From the NCBI GenBank assembly GCA_963840855.1, contig CAWJBB010000050.1, forward strand, positions 96,001 through 160,000: DNA of 64,000 nucleotides. Reading direction: 5' to 3'. The first letter of the stretch is position 1. Each line of letters begins with the position of its first letter. Shown in pieces: positions 27,669 through 38,267 of the stretch. The DNA is from an uncultured delta proteobacterium. GTDB lineage: Bacteria; Desulfobacterota; Binatia; UBA9968. The notes below the pieces were generated by a model. It did no database searches and was not told the origin of the DNA. It saw only the letters and a list, made by a program, of their open reading frames with translations. Position numbers and translations under genes: made by a program.

Positions 27669-28886
27669 CTATTTCTTAAACCAGGGCAACGGGTCGACGG
27701 AACGGCCGTCCTTGCGCAGCTCGAAGTACAGCTTGGCTCCGGCAAGCGAGTCGCTGTCGCCGGCCAATCCGAGGGTCTCGCCCCGTTTAACGCTGTCGCC
27801 GTTTTTTTTGAGCATCTCGGAGAGATGCGCATAAACGGTGTAATAGCGCTCGCCGTGATCGACAATGATCATCTTGCCGTAACCGGCGAAGCGGTCGGCA
27901 AAAGCCACCGTGCCTTTTTCCACGGCTTTGATATCCTGGCCGAGGGCCGCCCTAATATCGATGCCGTTGCGGAAGACCTCGGCGGCGAACTCGCGGTGCC
28001 GGGTCTTGCCGAAGCCGCTCAACAACTCGCCTTTCACCGGCCAGTCAAGCTTGCCATAGAGCGCGCCGAGGCCGATCCCCGGCGGCGTTGCCGGCGGTTT
28101 CCTCACGGCCCGCCGCGACAGCTCATCGATCATCCGTTGTAGCCTGAGCGCCGCCTGCTCCAGTTCCTTTAGCGCGCGCGTACGCGTCTCTTTTTCTTGC
28201 CGGACGCTGGCGAGCAGCTCTTTTTTCTTGTCCCCTTCCCTGCGTATCGCCTCGCGGGCGCCGGCGAGTTCTTTTCTCTGGCCGTCCAGCTCGTCTTTTT
28301 TTTGCGCCAGCTCTTCTCTCAGCTGTTCTTGGACTTTCGCCTCCTCGCTGAGCTGCGTGACCAGATCGCGGTCGTAAAAGAGCGCCGTTTCCAAATAACG
28401 CTTGCGTTGTAGATAGACACCGAGGGGAACGTCGCCGCTGAAAATCATGAACGGACTGCCGCTTCGATGCCAGCGGTAAAGCGCCACGGCGCGTTCTCTG
28501 AACAGCTGGCGCCGTTTCTGGACCGACGACTCGATGGCCGCGGCTTTCGCCTCCTTTTCCTGTAATTCAGCGGCAATCGATTTGAGCTTACTATTCGCTT
28601 CTTTCAGTTCGCCGGTTTTGCGCCCGAGCTCGCTCTCGATTTTCTCCAGAGATTGCAGGAGAGAGCCTTCCTGCTTGCGCGCCTGGGAAATTCCTTGCTT
28701 CTCTCTTTCGATCTTTTTTCTGATTGCCTCCAAATCCTTCTCGACGCTGGCGGCCTGGAGGACCGGGGCGGACGTCAGAAGGAGCGATATCATCAGCACG
28801 GCCCTCACCCTGACCCTCGCCCAGAGGGCGAGGGAAGAGAGCCGCACCGGTTTTAAGGACGGGTGGCGCTTTTTAAAGCTCGCCAT
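27669..28886 (-). CDS. envC: Murein hydrolase activator EnvC (M23 family)
   Basis: coiled coil plus M23 domain (WPVKG, NGIDI, YAHL, LYFELR); downstream of ftsEX. Confidence 0.9.
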   Translation of the reverse strand: MASFKKRHPSLKPVRLSSLALWARVRVRAVLMISLLLTSAPVLQAASVEKDLEAIRKKIEREKQGISQARKQEGSLLQSLEKIESELGRKTGELKEANSKLKSIAAELQEKEAKAAAIESSVQKRRQLFRERAVALYRWHRSGSPFMIFSGDVPLGVYLQRKRYLETALFYDRDLVTQLSEEAKVQEQLREELAQKKDELDGQRKELAGAREAIRREGDKKKELLASVRQEKETRTRALKELEQAALRLQRMIDELSRRAVRKPPATPPGIGLGALYGKLDWPVKGELLSGFGKTRHREFAAEVFRNGIDIRAALGQDIKAVEKGTVAFADRFAGYGKMIIVDHGERYYTVYAHLSEMLKKNGDSVKRGETLGLAGDSDSLAGAKLYFELRKDGRSVDPLPWFKK

Positions 28887-29782
28887 GTTCGAATGAAGCT
28901 CCGAAGCGAGAACAGGCTACCGGCGGACCCTAAAAACCAGCCGAGCAGCAAGATGAGCGCCATGCCGTTGATATCGAGAAATTGCCATTGCTTCGGCGCG
29001 CCCCACATCCCTCCGGAAAGGGAAAATTTTTGCTGCGCCAACTCGAAAGCGCCCCACAACCCCGCAACCGCCAGCACGCCGCCAACAAGCCCCAGAACCA
29101 TGCCTTCCAGCACGAACGGCGCCCGGATCATCGTCCGTGACGATCCCACTAGTTGCATGATTTCGATTTCGTCCCGGCGGGCGAGGATCGCCAGCTTCAC
29201 CGTACTGCCGACGATGAAGAAAGTAATGGCGAACAACCCTCCGGCTAGAATCCATTTCACCCACTCCACCGCCAGCACCAGCAGGCTCAGCCGGTCGATC
29301 CAATCCCGCGGGTATTCGACGAGGGTAATCCCCTTTTCCAGCTTGAGGCGCGCGGCCAGGCGCTCCACCAGCGGCGTGTCACGAAAGGCGGGCTGCACCG
29401 CGATTTCGAGAGAAGACGGCAATACATCGGCGGGCAAACCGTCGAGCACATTGGACTGCGCGCCCAGGGCAGCGTGAAAATCGCGCCACGCCTGTTCCTG
29501 GGTAATATGGCGCACGCGCAAAACCTCAGGAAGCGCGCGCACGCGATTCAACAAACTTTCGGTTTCACTGACGCCGAGCCCGCGCTCTAAATACGCATTG
29601 AGCTGAATCTGATCGCCCCACCCTTTGAGCAAGCTCTGAAGATTGGTTTCCAATAGCATGAAGGAGCCAAAAATGAACAAGGTCATCGCCATGGTCCCCG
29701 ACGTGAGCATGTGGGTCCAGAGCAGCTCGCGCAGATTGCTCGACGCGCGGCGCACTACAAAGGACATTTGCGACCAGCTCAT
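28853..29782 (-). CDS. ftsX: Cell division permease FtsX
   Basis: RRDEIEIMQLVG, PFVLEG; between ftsE and envC. Confidence 0.92.
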   Translation of the reverse strand: MSWSQMSFVVRRASSNLRELLWTHMLTSGTMAMTLFIFGSFMLLETNLQSLLKGWGDQIQLNAYLERGLGVSETESLLNRVRALPEVLRVRHITQEQAWRDFHAALGAQSNVLDGLPADVLPSSLEIAVQPAFRDTPLVERLAARLKLEKGITLVEYPRDWIDRLSLLVLAVEWVKWILAGGLFAITFFIVGSTVKLAILARRDEIEIMQLVGSSRTMIRAPFVLEGMVLGLVGGVLAVAGLWGAFELAQQKFSLSGGMWGAPKQWQFLDINGMALILLLGWFLGSAGSLFSLRSFIRTWRALKSATRP

Positions 29783-30468
29783 GCGCCGCTGCCTTTTTTG
29801 ACCTTGCGTTCCAGATCTTCCGCGAGCAGCCCGGCGCGCAGGTAAATGATGCGCGTGCCGTAACGCTGGATGAGGTCGAGATCATGGCTCGCGATAATCA
29901 GTGTCGTGCCGCGCCCGCGGATGGCGAGAAATAGGCGCATGATTTCGTCGGCGATCTGCGAATCGAGATTGCCCGTGGGCTCGTCCGCAAGTACGAGCCA
30001 TGGTTCGTTGACCAGAGCCCGGGCGATGGCCACCCGCTGTTGCTCTCCGCCCGATAATGCCAACGGCCGGGCGTCAGATTTTTTTTGCATGCCCAGCTCG
30101 CTGAGCAACCGATAGGCGCGATTATGACTTTCCTTCCTCGGCACGCCGATCACTTCAGCCGCCAGGGCAACGTTTTCCAATGCGCTCAGGCGCGACAGCA
30201 GCTTGAATTCTTGAAACACCAAACCGATCCGGCGGCGCAACCGGGCGACTCCGCGGCTGTTTAACCGGCCGATATTTTGGCCGTTTAACGATATCTCCCC
30301 TTGGCTGGGCTCTTCGTCACGGAAGAGCAACCTGAGCAGCGTGGTTTTACCGGCGCCGCTGGGGCCGGTGACGAAAACGAATTCCCCTTCGTCGATTGTC
30401 AACGTAATGTCGGTCAGAGCCGCCGAATCGGGCGGGTAGGCTTTAGAAACGTGGTGGAACTGGATCAT
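29779..30468 (-). CDS. ftsE: Cell division ATP-binding protein FtsE
   Basis: GPSGAGKTT, LSGGEQQRVAIARA, ADEPTGNLD. Confidence 0.95.
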   Translation of the reverse strand: MIQFHHVSKAYPPDSAALTDITLTIDEGEFVFVTGPSGAGKTTLLRLLFRDEEPSQGEISLNGQNIGRLNSRGVARLRRRIGLVFQEFKLLSRLSALENVALAAEVIGVPRKESHNRAYRLLSELGMQKKSDARPLALSGGEQQRVAIARALVNEPWLVLADEPTGNLDSQIADEIMRLFLAIRGRGTTLIIASHDLDLIQRYGTRIIYLRAGLLAEDLERKVKKGSGA

Positions 30469-30517
30469 CGAAACAGCGTCGACAGGGCAGAAGCGAGCGC
30501 CGCGGGCACGGCCCTGA

Positions 30518-30636
30518 TCCGTCGATAAAGGGCGCTTGCTTCGTTGTCACGTCGGACTCGCATCCTCACGTACTGCCGATGTACGCTCCGGTGCGAGCCC
30601 TCGCTCCGCCTCGCACCGACCGCCTCTCGACGGCCA
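30518..30636. repeat. Intergenic imperfect palindromic element
   Basis: ccgtcga...ctcgca..cacgtac..gtacg..tgcgag...tcgacgg nested inverted repeats. Confidence 0.5.
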
Positions 30637-30690
30637 GGTTACTCAGATAGATAGGACCTTACACACGGATTATGGGCACGAACAAATTGC

Positions 30691-30719
30691 TTGACATGGA
30701 AAAACTCGGTTGTTAGAGT
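30691..30719 (+). promoter_or_regulatory. Sigma70 promoter
   Basis: TTGACA-17nt-TAGAGT upstream of the radical SAM gene. Confidence 0.6.
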
Positions 30720-30754
30720 CACTAAACTCAAACCGCCTGCTTCATTTATAAAAG

Positions 30755-33010
30755 ATGCTCGGCCAAGTTACAAGCAATCATCGCGTCGCCGCGGACGTAC
30801 CGGCTCATATCGCCGCGCATAAATTTCGCGTCGTTCTGATCAAACCTTCTAAATACGACGACGACGGCTACGTCATTCGCTTCTGGAGAGGCGTGCTGCC
30901 CAGCAACACGTTGAACGTATTGCATGGTCTCACCGATGACGTGCGCGAGCGCCGGTTCCTAGGCGATCTGCCCATCGAAGTGACGACCTTCGACGAAACC
31001 GCTGAAAAAGTTCCCGTCAAGAAGATACTCCGCTGGGGCCGCGAGGCCGGCACCAAACTCCTGGTTTGTATGGTCGGAGTGCAGACCAACCAGTTCCCCC
31101 GCGCCCTCGACATGGCGCGCATTTTCCGCGCCGCGGGCATCACCGTTATCATGGGCGGCTTTCATACCAGCGGCACCATCAATATGCTGGGGGAGCAGGA
31201 GCCGGATATTCAGGAACTGGTCCGTGAATCCATTTGCGTGGTTTCCGGCGAAGTCGAAGGTAAATGGGAGATGATCCTGTCCGATTTTCTCCACGGCCGG
31301 TTGCGACCGATTTACAGCTTCGCCCAGGACTTGCAGAGCCTGGTGGACATTGGCGACGCGCCGCTGCCGAAAACCAGTCCGAAGACCATGGAGCATTTCG
31401 CCCACCCGGCGTGGGGCACCGCCGATACTTCGCGCGGCTGCCCCTTCGCATGCACGTTCTGCACGATCATAAACGTGCAGGGGCGCAAGATGCGTGAGCG
31501 CAGCCCGGAAAGCATCGCCGCGATGATGCGCCGGAACTACCTGGCCAGCGGCATCACTTTTTATTTTTTCACTGACGACAATTTCGCGCGCAAGAAACTC
31601 TGGCGCGAGACTTTCGAAGAGATCATCAAGCTGCGCGAGGAAGGCATCAAGATTACCTTCATGATGCAGGTGGATCTGGCGCGCAAGCCCAAGGACTTCG
31701 TCAGGCTGGCGGCCAAGGCCGGCTGCACACAGGTCTTCATCGGCATGGAAAGCGTCAATCCGCAGAACCTGAAAGCCGAAGGCAAGCAGCAGAACCACGT
31801 CGAAGAGTACCGCGCGATCATTAAGGAATGGCACGACGCGGGCGTGGTCGTGCACGCGGGCTACATCATCGGTTTGCCCTGGGACTCCAAGGAGCAGGTG
31901 CCCCAAGATATCCAATTTCTCATCAATGAAGTCGGGCCGGATCAGGCTTCGTTCTTCATGTTAACCCCGCTGCCGGGGTCCCATGACCATCGTGAGATGA
32001 GAAACCGCGGCGAATGGATGGACCCGGATTTCAATAAACGCGACTCCTTTCACGCCACCATCGAACACCCGCGCATGAGCGCCGAGGAATGGACCGAGGC
32101 TTACGAAACTGCCTGGAAGACTTTCTACAGCAAAGAGAACATGATTCGGGTCCTGTCACTTTGGAAAGATCATCCGCGCAACTATTGGAACCTGATGTCG
32201 ATCTTTTTCTGGTACAAAAACGCCGCATTGATTGAGAAGCAGCATCCCATGGTGGCCGGCTTCTTCCGCCTCAAGGAACGCAAAGCGCGGCGCCCCGGAT
32301 ACGCCGTCGATTCTCTGGCGGTTCATATCTGGCGGCGCGCCGGGGAAATCTCGCAGCTGATAGTCACCTGGGCCAAGTTCCTCAAGGAGATGGAAGAGGT
32401 CTGGCTCCAGACGCGCAAAAGGAGCGAAACCGAGGAGCGCTGGCTGGCCCAGCTGCAAGGGTTGCAAACGGACGTCTCACAGGCGCTCAGGATCGGCGAG
32501 CTGCAGAAAATCTATGCCAACGCCAAAGAATCGCTGTCGGAACGGGCCAACACCCTGCTGGAACCGCTGGACGAACTCGCATCAAAGATCATTTTCAACC
32601 GCGGCGATCTCAATCGTCTCTTGAAGCAATGGGAAGGATTACAGGGCCACATCCAGGAACTGCGGACGTGGGAAACCGAAACCGCCCGGCGCTGGCTCGA
32701 TGAAATGCACGATACGTTGGCCCATGTTCGGTTCGGCGATCGGCTGCAAGAGTGGCAAGACTCTTATTCTCGTCTGCGCGACTCCTTGCCCCCGAAGTTT
32801 CAACTACAATGGCTCAGATTCGACGCGATCAACAACCGCGTCTTTTATTCCCGCCAGGATCTGCAACGCCTCTGGGCCCAGACCATTACCGATCTGCGCC
32901 GCATGAACCTATGGCAGATTCGTCCGTGGAAGGTTACCCGCGCGGTGGTCAAGGACTTTATCCTGACGACAAGGTTCGCCTTTACTTTCAAGGAACTTTC
33001 CAAAGAGTAA
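30755..33010 (+). CDS. Radical SAM protein (B12-binding class-like) with long helical C-terminal extension
   Basis: SRGCPFACTFC, MGGFH, FTDDNF, IGMES, LTPLPGS. Confidence 0.9.
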   Translation: MLGQVTSNHRVAADVPAHIAAHKFRVVLIKPSKYDDDGYVIRFWRGVLPSNTLNVLHGLTDDVRERRFLGDLPIEVTTFDETAEKVPVKKILRWGREAGTKLLVCMVGVQTNQFPRALDMARIFRAAGITVIMGGFHTSGTINMLGEQEPDIQELVRESICVVSGEVEGKWEMILSDFLHGRLRPIYSFAQDLQSLVDIGDAPLPKTSPKTMEHFAHPAWGTADTSRGCPFACTFCTIINVQGRKMRERSPESIAAMMRRNYLASGITFYFFTDDNFARKKLWRETFEEIIKLREEGIKITFMMQVDLARKPKDFVRLAAKAGCTQVFIGMESVNPQNLKAEGKQQNHVEEYRAIIKEWHDAGVVVHAGYIIGLPWDSKEQVPQDIQFLINEVGPDQASFFMLTPLPGSHDHREMRNRGEWMDPDFNKRDSFHATIEHPRMSAEEWTEAYETAWKTFYSKENMIRVLSLWKDHPRNYWNLMSIFFWYKNAALIEKQHPMVAGFFRLKERKARRPGYAVDSLAVHIWRRAGEISQLIVTWAKFLKEMEEVWLQTRKRSETEERWLAQLQGLQTDVSQALRIGELQKIYANAKESLSERANTLLEPLDELASKIIFNRGDLNRLLKQWEGLQGHIQELRTWETETARRWLDEMHDTLAHVRFGDRLQEWQDSYSRLRDSLPPKFQLQWLRFDAINNRVFYSRQDLQRLWAQTITDLRRMNLWQIRPWKVTRAVVKDFILTTRFAFTFKELSKE

Positions 33011-33039
33011 GCGGGCGGCGCCATCATTGCGTGGCGCCA

Positions 33040-33184
33040 GTTCAACGTTCAAAGTTCAAGGTTTCAGACTGAACGACTTTGACTACAAATCAAACTGAAC
33101 CACAACCCGGGTTTTGGCCATCCCCGAGTAAACGATACCAATTTGATTCCGGAACTTTGAACATTGAACCTTGAACTTTGACCT
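33040..33184. repeat. GTTCAAN heptamer inverted-repeat element
   Basis: gttcaac gttcaaa gttcaag ... ttgaaca ttgaacc ttgaact. Confidence 0.85.
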
Positions 33185-33187
33185 TAC

Positions 33188-34024
33188 TTAATGGATGGAC
33201 GTTCCCCGCCTCGCCAAATCCACGAGCTGATCCCTGATCTTTTCGGCGTCCGGCGCGTCCGGCGCAAGGCGTAAGTAGCTTTCAAAATCCGTCTTCGCTT
33301 GAGGAAAATATTCCAGCGCCAGATAAACCTGGCCGCGCTCGCGCAGATCCTCGGCAAGATTCGGTTCTGCGATCGTCATCCGGTCAAGCGCCGCCAGAGC
33401 CTTCACGAGGTCGCGCTGCCTGAGATATATGAACTTGAGATTATTCAGCATGCGCCTGAGAATCTGCCTCTTCGTGACCGGATCAAGAAGCTGCGGGCTC
33501 AACGCCACCGGCTTGCCGTATAATCCGGCCAGCAACTGTTGCAGGCTATCAGGAGTCCTAATATCGCCGCCGTTAAATGGATCAATGACGATCTCTTCGC
33601 GGTCGTCCAGATATTTGACGAGAAAATGGCCGGGGAAGCCGACGCCCAACAACGGCAAACCGATGCGCCGGGCCACTTCCATATATAAGACGGACAAGGT
33701 TATGGGGATGCCGATGCGGCGATCGATGACTTCGTTCAAGAAACTGTTTTTCGCGTCGAAATAATCGTCGCGGTTGCCCCGGAAAGCGCACTTTTGAAAC
33801 AGGACGTAATTGAGCGCGGCGATGGAGCGGTGCGGACCACTCTCATCGCCGGTCAGATGTTTGGTCACTGCTATCGCCAATTCGTCGATGCGCGCGAGAT
33901 ACGCGGTGGTATCGAGCCGCGGGTACTCAGACTCAGCGATGGCCAGCGCGGCGCGGCCCAAATCGAGCGCCTCCTCCGGCCGCTCGACCGCGCGGCGAAA
34001 TTCTTCGTAGGGATCGGCTGCCAT
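33188..34024 (-). CDS. SirB1/transglutaminase-like protein with TPR
   Basis: FRGNRDDY, NSFLNEVIDRRIGIPITL, FPGHFL, DPF. Confidence 0.92.
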   Translation of the reverse strand: MAADPYEEFRRAVERPEEALDLGRAALAIAESEYPRLDTTAYLARIDELAIAVTKHLTGDESGPHRSIAALNYVLFQKCAFRGNRDDYFDAKNSFLNEVIDRRIGIPITLSVLYMEVARRIGLPLLGVGFPGHFLVKYLDDREEIVIDPFNGGDIRTPDSLQQLLAGLYGKPVALSPQLLDPVTKRQILRRMLNNLKFIYLRQRDLVKALAALDRMTIAEPNLAEDLRERGQVYLALEYFPQAKTDFESYLRLAPDAPDAEKIRDQLVDLARRGTSIH

Positions 34025-34034
34025 CTGTGGACCG

Positions 34035-34110
34035 GTTCAAAGTTCAAGGTTCAAAGTTCAATGTCCCCTCCCCACCTTGAACGTTGAACCTTGAACATTG
34101 AACTTTGAAC
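34035..34110. repeat. GTTCAAN heptamer inverted-repeat element
   Basis: 4 forward and 5 reverse heptamers. Confidence 0.88.
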
Positions 34111-34116
34111 TTCCGG

Positions 34117-35898
34117 TTAGCGCGGTTCCGAGATGACATCCACCAGATACGGGAGCTGTTTCTCCTTGACGTATTTGAGACCGCGCTCCAGTGCCGGCCT
34201 CAAGTCGGCCGGATTGTGCACCGGCCCTTCGCCGCTGACGCCGAAAGACTGCGCCATCTTGGCAAAATCCACTGCCGGATCATCAACGTGGGTGCCGATG
34301 CCGGCGTTTTCCACGGGCCGCTTGCGGAACTTGGCGACCTCGATGCCATGCTCCTCGGAATTGTAGAACGACTGGTTATTGTGCATCACCATGAGCAATG
34401 GAATCCGATGCTTGGCGGCTGTCCAAAGCGAACTCGATGTCATCAACATATCGCCGTCCGATTGAATGCCAACGGCGAACTTGCCGCTGCCCTTGAGTGC
34501 GAGCGCCGCTCCGATAGCGGCGCTGGCGCCATAGCCGACCCCCGCGCCGCCGCTGGCGCCGAGATATTGATTCGGTTTGGAAAAGTCCCATAGCCGGCGG
34601 GCCCAACCGTTGGACGTTCCGTTCACGAGAACCCAGTCTTCCTTTTTGATGACTTCTCCCAGCTCAAGGGCCAGCCACGCCGTCGAAATGTCCTTGAGCG
34701 AACCCTTGGCCCGGGCGTCGGCCTGCCATTTGGCCCGTCGCGCTTTATGCTTCTCACCCAGTTCCCTGCGCCGCGCTTCGACGGCATCCTTTTTCTTGGC
34801 GTCGTTGCCGAGCAGCTCGCGGCACAGCCGCGTGAGCTCGGGCAGCGCGACGAAGGTGTCAGCGGACATCGCAATATCAAGCGCCTGCAACGCCTGATAG
34901 TCGCCAGCCCAGGAATGCACCAGCATATCGTTCATCGAGATGCTGATGAGCTTTACGGCCGGCGCGGTAACATATTCACAGTCGCGGGTCTGTTTGCTGA
35001 CGGTAGTAATGGAGCCGAAGATATCACCCACGTCGAGGGCCAAGATGACATCCGCCTTCGCCAGCAGATCGCGCGCGCCATCGGTTGCGTCCAGCGAATT
35101 AACCGTCGGAAAATTGAAGCGCGCGCCTTTATCCACCACCGGAGCGGCCAGAAGTTCCGCCAATCCGACCAACAGCGGTACACTCTTGGGATTGCGCCCG
35201 AGAGTATCCGCGATGATCAGCGGCGCCTGGGCGCCGACCAGCAATTCAGCCGCTTTGCGTAGCGCCTCCGGATTCGCCTGCGTCGGCGCAGGCGGCGCGA
35301 AACGGTTCACGTCGGGAATCTCCGTGGCTTTGCTGATAGCGTCTTCCTGAATGTCGGCATCGTAATTGATGTAAATGGGCGCCATGGGATCCGTGGTAGC
35401 GATGCGGTAGCCGCGGATGAAGGAATCCGGCACGTCGGCGAGAGTATAGGGTTGGTCGTCCCATTTCACGTAATCGCGCACCTGATTGCCCTGGACCAGC
35501 GCCGTATGAATCCAGTCGATGCGCGGGCGGCGCCGTTTGGTGTTCATTGGGCCGGTGCCGCCGAGCACGATCACCGGCACGCGATCGATGTAGGCGTTGA
35601 AAATCGCCATGCTCGCGTGCTGCAAACCCACCATATTGTGCACGATGGCGATCATCGGCTTGCCCTTGGCCTTGGCGTAGCCATGGGCGACCGCCACCGA
35701 AACCTCTTCATGATTGCAAAAGATGACTTCCGGTTTGTAGTTGCCGCCGTAGTTCACGATGGAATCGTGAATGCCGCGAAAGGTCGCGCCCGGATTGAAG
35801 GCGGCGTATTCGATATCGAACGCCTTCATCAAATCGACGACCACGTCGGAGCCGTACTCCGGCTGCTTCCTTTCTTCCCTGCTCTGTGCTTTAGCCAC
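34117..35898 (-). CDS. Thiamine pyrophosphate-binding enzyme
   Basis: NPGATF, HEE, SDGDM...NN TPP motif. Confidence 0.92.
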   Translation of the reverse strand: MAKAQSREERKQPEYGSDVVVDLMKAFDIEYAAFNPGATFRGIHDSIVNYGGNYKPEVIFCNHEEVSVAVAHGYAKAKGKPMIAIVHNMVGLQHASMAIFNAYIDRVPVIVLGGTGPMNTKRRRPRIDWIHTALVQGNQVRDYVKWDDQPYTLADVPDSFIRGYRIATTDPMAPIYINYDADIQEDAISKATEIPDVNRFAPPAPTQANPEALRKAAELLVGAQAPLIIADTLGRNPKSVPLLVGLAELLAAPVVDKGARFNFPTVNSLDATDGARDLLAKADVILALDVGDIFGSITTVSKQTRDCEYVTAPAVKLISISMNDMLVHSWAGDYQALQALDIAMSADTFVALPELTRLCRELLGNDAKKKDAVEARRRELGEKHKARRAKWQADARAKGSLKDISTAWLALELGEVIKKEDWVLVNGTSNGWARRLWDFSKPNQYLGASGGAGVGYGASAAIGAALALKGSGKFAVGIQSDGDMLMTSSSLWTAAKHRIPLLMVMHNNQSFYNSEEHGIEVAKFRKRPVENAGIGTHVDDPAVDFAKMAQSFGVSGEGPVHNPADLRPALERGLKYVKEKQLPYLVDVISEPR

Positions 35899-35971
35899 TG
35901 TGAGGTTCCTCCCGTGAAATTTGTGTAAGGCTCTCCATATCAGGAATCGCGGGCGGTGGCTAGCGCCACCA

Positions 35972-36063
35972 GTTCAAAACGTTCAAGCCGTTCAAAACGT
36001 TCAAGCCGTCGAACAATCCGGAAATCGTTTTGAACTATTTGAACGGTTTGAACGACTTGAACG
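35972..36063. repeat. GTTCAANNN nonamer inverted-repeat element
   Basis: gttcaaaac gttcaagcc x2 ... ttgaac x4 at 9-nt period. Confidence 0.85.
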
Positions 36064-36074
36064 CTTCTATGTAG

Positions 36075-36968
36075 TTACTTTCCGATCTGCAACAAGCCCT
36101 TTTCATAAAACAGCTCCAGCGTGCCCATCAGATCGCCGTCCCGCGCCCCACTCGCCGATGCCTTGCTGAGATCGAGGGATGCGATGGCTTCGAGCACCTG
36201 TCCAACCGCCGGCGCCATCAGCGCCGTCATGCCGTAATGACTAAACGTCCGTGTCAGCTCGTCCATTTCTTCGGCGCGGCGGCCGGCGTGAATGCGCAGG
36301 CCGACGACGCTGGAAGAAATTTTATCCAGCAAGCCGGGAAAACTCTCCTCATATTGGGCGCGAATCTGGTTCAATAAACCGAAGCGCTGCGCGCCCATGA
36401 GCAGCTCACAGAACAGCCCCTGAAGCCCCTTGGTCAAGCCTGCATAGACGACTTTGAACGCCGAAGCCTGGCTGGTGTTCGGTCCGAGAACCCGAACGGG
36501 TATGCCGAAAGGCTCTAAGTCCCGCGCGCGCTCGGCAGCGCCGCCGGAGACATAGACGATGGTTCCCTTGCCCATCCTGGAGGCGGCGCCGATGATGCAG
36601 CCATCGATGAAACTTACGCCGGCCGGCGTCAAAACGCCCGCGATGTCTTCCGCCGTCATCGGCGATATCGCATTGGCGTCAAGATACAATAAATTCTTGC
36701 GCCCCGACTGCGCCGCCGCCTCTGCGATTTTGTCAGCGACCCGCTTGGCCGCCGACGGAATAACGATGGAAACGATCAGCTCCGCGTCGTTGACCAACTG
36801 GGCCATGGACGGCAGCGATTTGACCCCGGCGTTTTCCGCCCGCTCGCGGCTCGTTTCGCCGCGGTCTTTGTCATAGGTCAGAACCTCGACGCCGTGGCTC
36901 TTCAACAGCTTTGCCCAGTGAAAACCCATCTCGCCTATGCTCATGATACCAATGCGTTGGAAACCCAT
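36075..36968 (-). CDS. NAD(P)-dependent oxidoreductase (6-phosphogluconate/hydroxyisobutyrate dehydrogenase-like, DUF1932)
   Basis: IGIMSIGEMG, DANAISP, HAGRRAEEM. Confidence 0.85.
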   Translation of the reverse strand: MGFQRIGIMSIGEMGFHWAKLLKSHGVEVLTYDKDRGETSRERAENAGVKSLPSMAQLVNDAELIVSIVIPSAAKRVADKIAEAAAQSGRKNLLYLDANAISPMTAEDIAGVLTPAGVSFIDGCIIGAASRMGKGTIVYVSGGAAERARDLEPFGIPVRVLGPNTSQASAFKVVYAGLTKGLQGLFCELLMGAQRFGLLNQIRAQYEESFPGLLDKISSSVVGLRIHAGRRAEEMDELTRTFSHYGMTALMAPAVGQVLEAIASLDLSKASASGARDGDLMGTLELFYEKGLLQIGK

Positions 36969-37226
36969 GGTTCACTCCTTGATTTTATCTGCAAGAGAAA
37001 GAGCCGCGCTAACGACGACGCACTGACAGGCTTCTACCAACCTGTCTATGTCACATCGCGCATCGAGATTAAAGAACTTAGAAAGACTAGGGGTGGCTCA
37101 GACTGAAGGGAAATCTCGCGAGTTTATCCCCAAAATTTGAACCTTGAACTGAAATTGCTTCCGGCTCGAAAGATCTATCCAGGAAGGCGCTGCCGGGAAA
37201 CGACTTTATCGGTAAGACTTATACTG

Positions 37227-38267
37227 TCAGCCGTCCGCGTTGATGACGTCGATCATCTGGCGCAGCCGGGCGAAGTCTTCGCGGTTGAAATGCACCAGGA
37301 GCCGGTGCAAATGCAGCGTATCGGGATCTTCCACTTCGTCTTCCACTTCGTCTGGCAAGGGATCGGTTTTCCTGATCTTGCCGTCGGTCACAATATCCGC
37401 GAAGTCGCGGTTGAGCCGGTCGATCAACTCGGGCGACGGCGCATGGTTTAGACGGATGACCAGGTCCTGCTTGACGAAGCGATAGGAATGAAAGTTGCGG
37501 TAATATCTCGTGATCTCGTTTACTGCCGCATCGGCGTCGGTGACGATCTTGAAGAAAGTCATTTCATTTTCAACAATGTAGCCGCGGCTCATCACATTTT
37601 CGCGGAGAAACTCCCGCCAGCGCGACCAGTACGTGCCGTCAGGCAGGTCCATTAAGATAATCGGCACGAGCTGGCTCTTGCCGGTCTGCGCCAGCGTAAT
37701 TGACTCCAGAAGCTCATCGTGAGTGCCGAACCCGCCGGGAAAAATCACAACGGCGTCGGCTTCTTTGACGAACATGAGCTTGCGCGTAAAGAAAAAATGA
37801 AAATCCATAAGCTTGGGATCGTCACGGATAAACGGGTTCGCCGCCTGCACCGAAGGCAGACGGATATTGACGCCGAAACTCTTTTCTCTTCCGGCTCCCT
37901 CGTGCCCCGCCTGCATGATGCCGGGTCCCGCACCGGTGATCACCATGAAACCCGCCTCGGCGATGCCCTTTGCGACGCCTTTCGCTAATGGATAATAAGG
38001 ATCACTTTCCTGCACCCGGGTCGAACCGAAGATGCTCACCTTACGTACTTTACGGTAGGGCGCAAAGATCCTAAAGGCGTGGCGCAGCTCCTGCATGGCG
38101 CGGCTTAGGATTCTCAGATCGCCGCGCCCCGCGTTGTCCCCTGCTAGCTTGACCACGGTCCGCAATATTCTTGCGAACTGGTCTTCTTTGCCCGAGCCGT
38201 TTTGCGTCCGCAACCACTCATCGATTTGAGACACGATTTCCGCCAGGTTCTTTTTTTCCTGTTCCAC
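37227..38267 (-). CDS. LOG-family protein (long form)
   Basis: ITGAGPGIM, FFTRKLMF, PGGFGTHDE. Confidence 0.9.
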   Translation of the reverse strand: MEQEKKNLAEIVSQIDEWLRTQNGSGKEDQFARILRTVVKLAGDNAGRGDLRILSRAMQELRHAFRIFAPYRKVRKVSIFGSTRVQESDPYYPLAKGVAKGIAEAGFMVITGAGPGIMQAGHEGAGREKSFGVNIRLPSVQAANPFIRDDPKLMDFHFFFTRKLMFVKEADAVVIFPGGFGTHDELLESITLAQTGKSQLVPIILMDLPDGTYWSRWREFLRENVMSRGYIVENEMTFFKIVTDADAAVNEITRYYRNFHSYRFVKQDLVIRLNHAPSPELIDRLNRDFADIVTDGKIRKTDPLPDEVEDEVEDPDTLHLHRLLVHFNREDFARLRQMIDVINADG

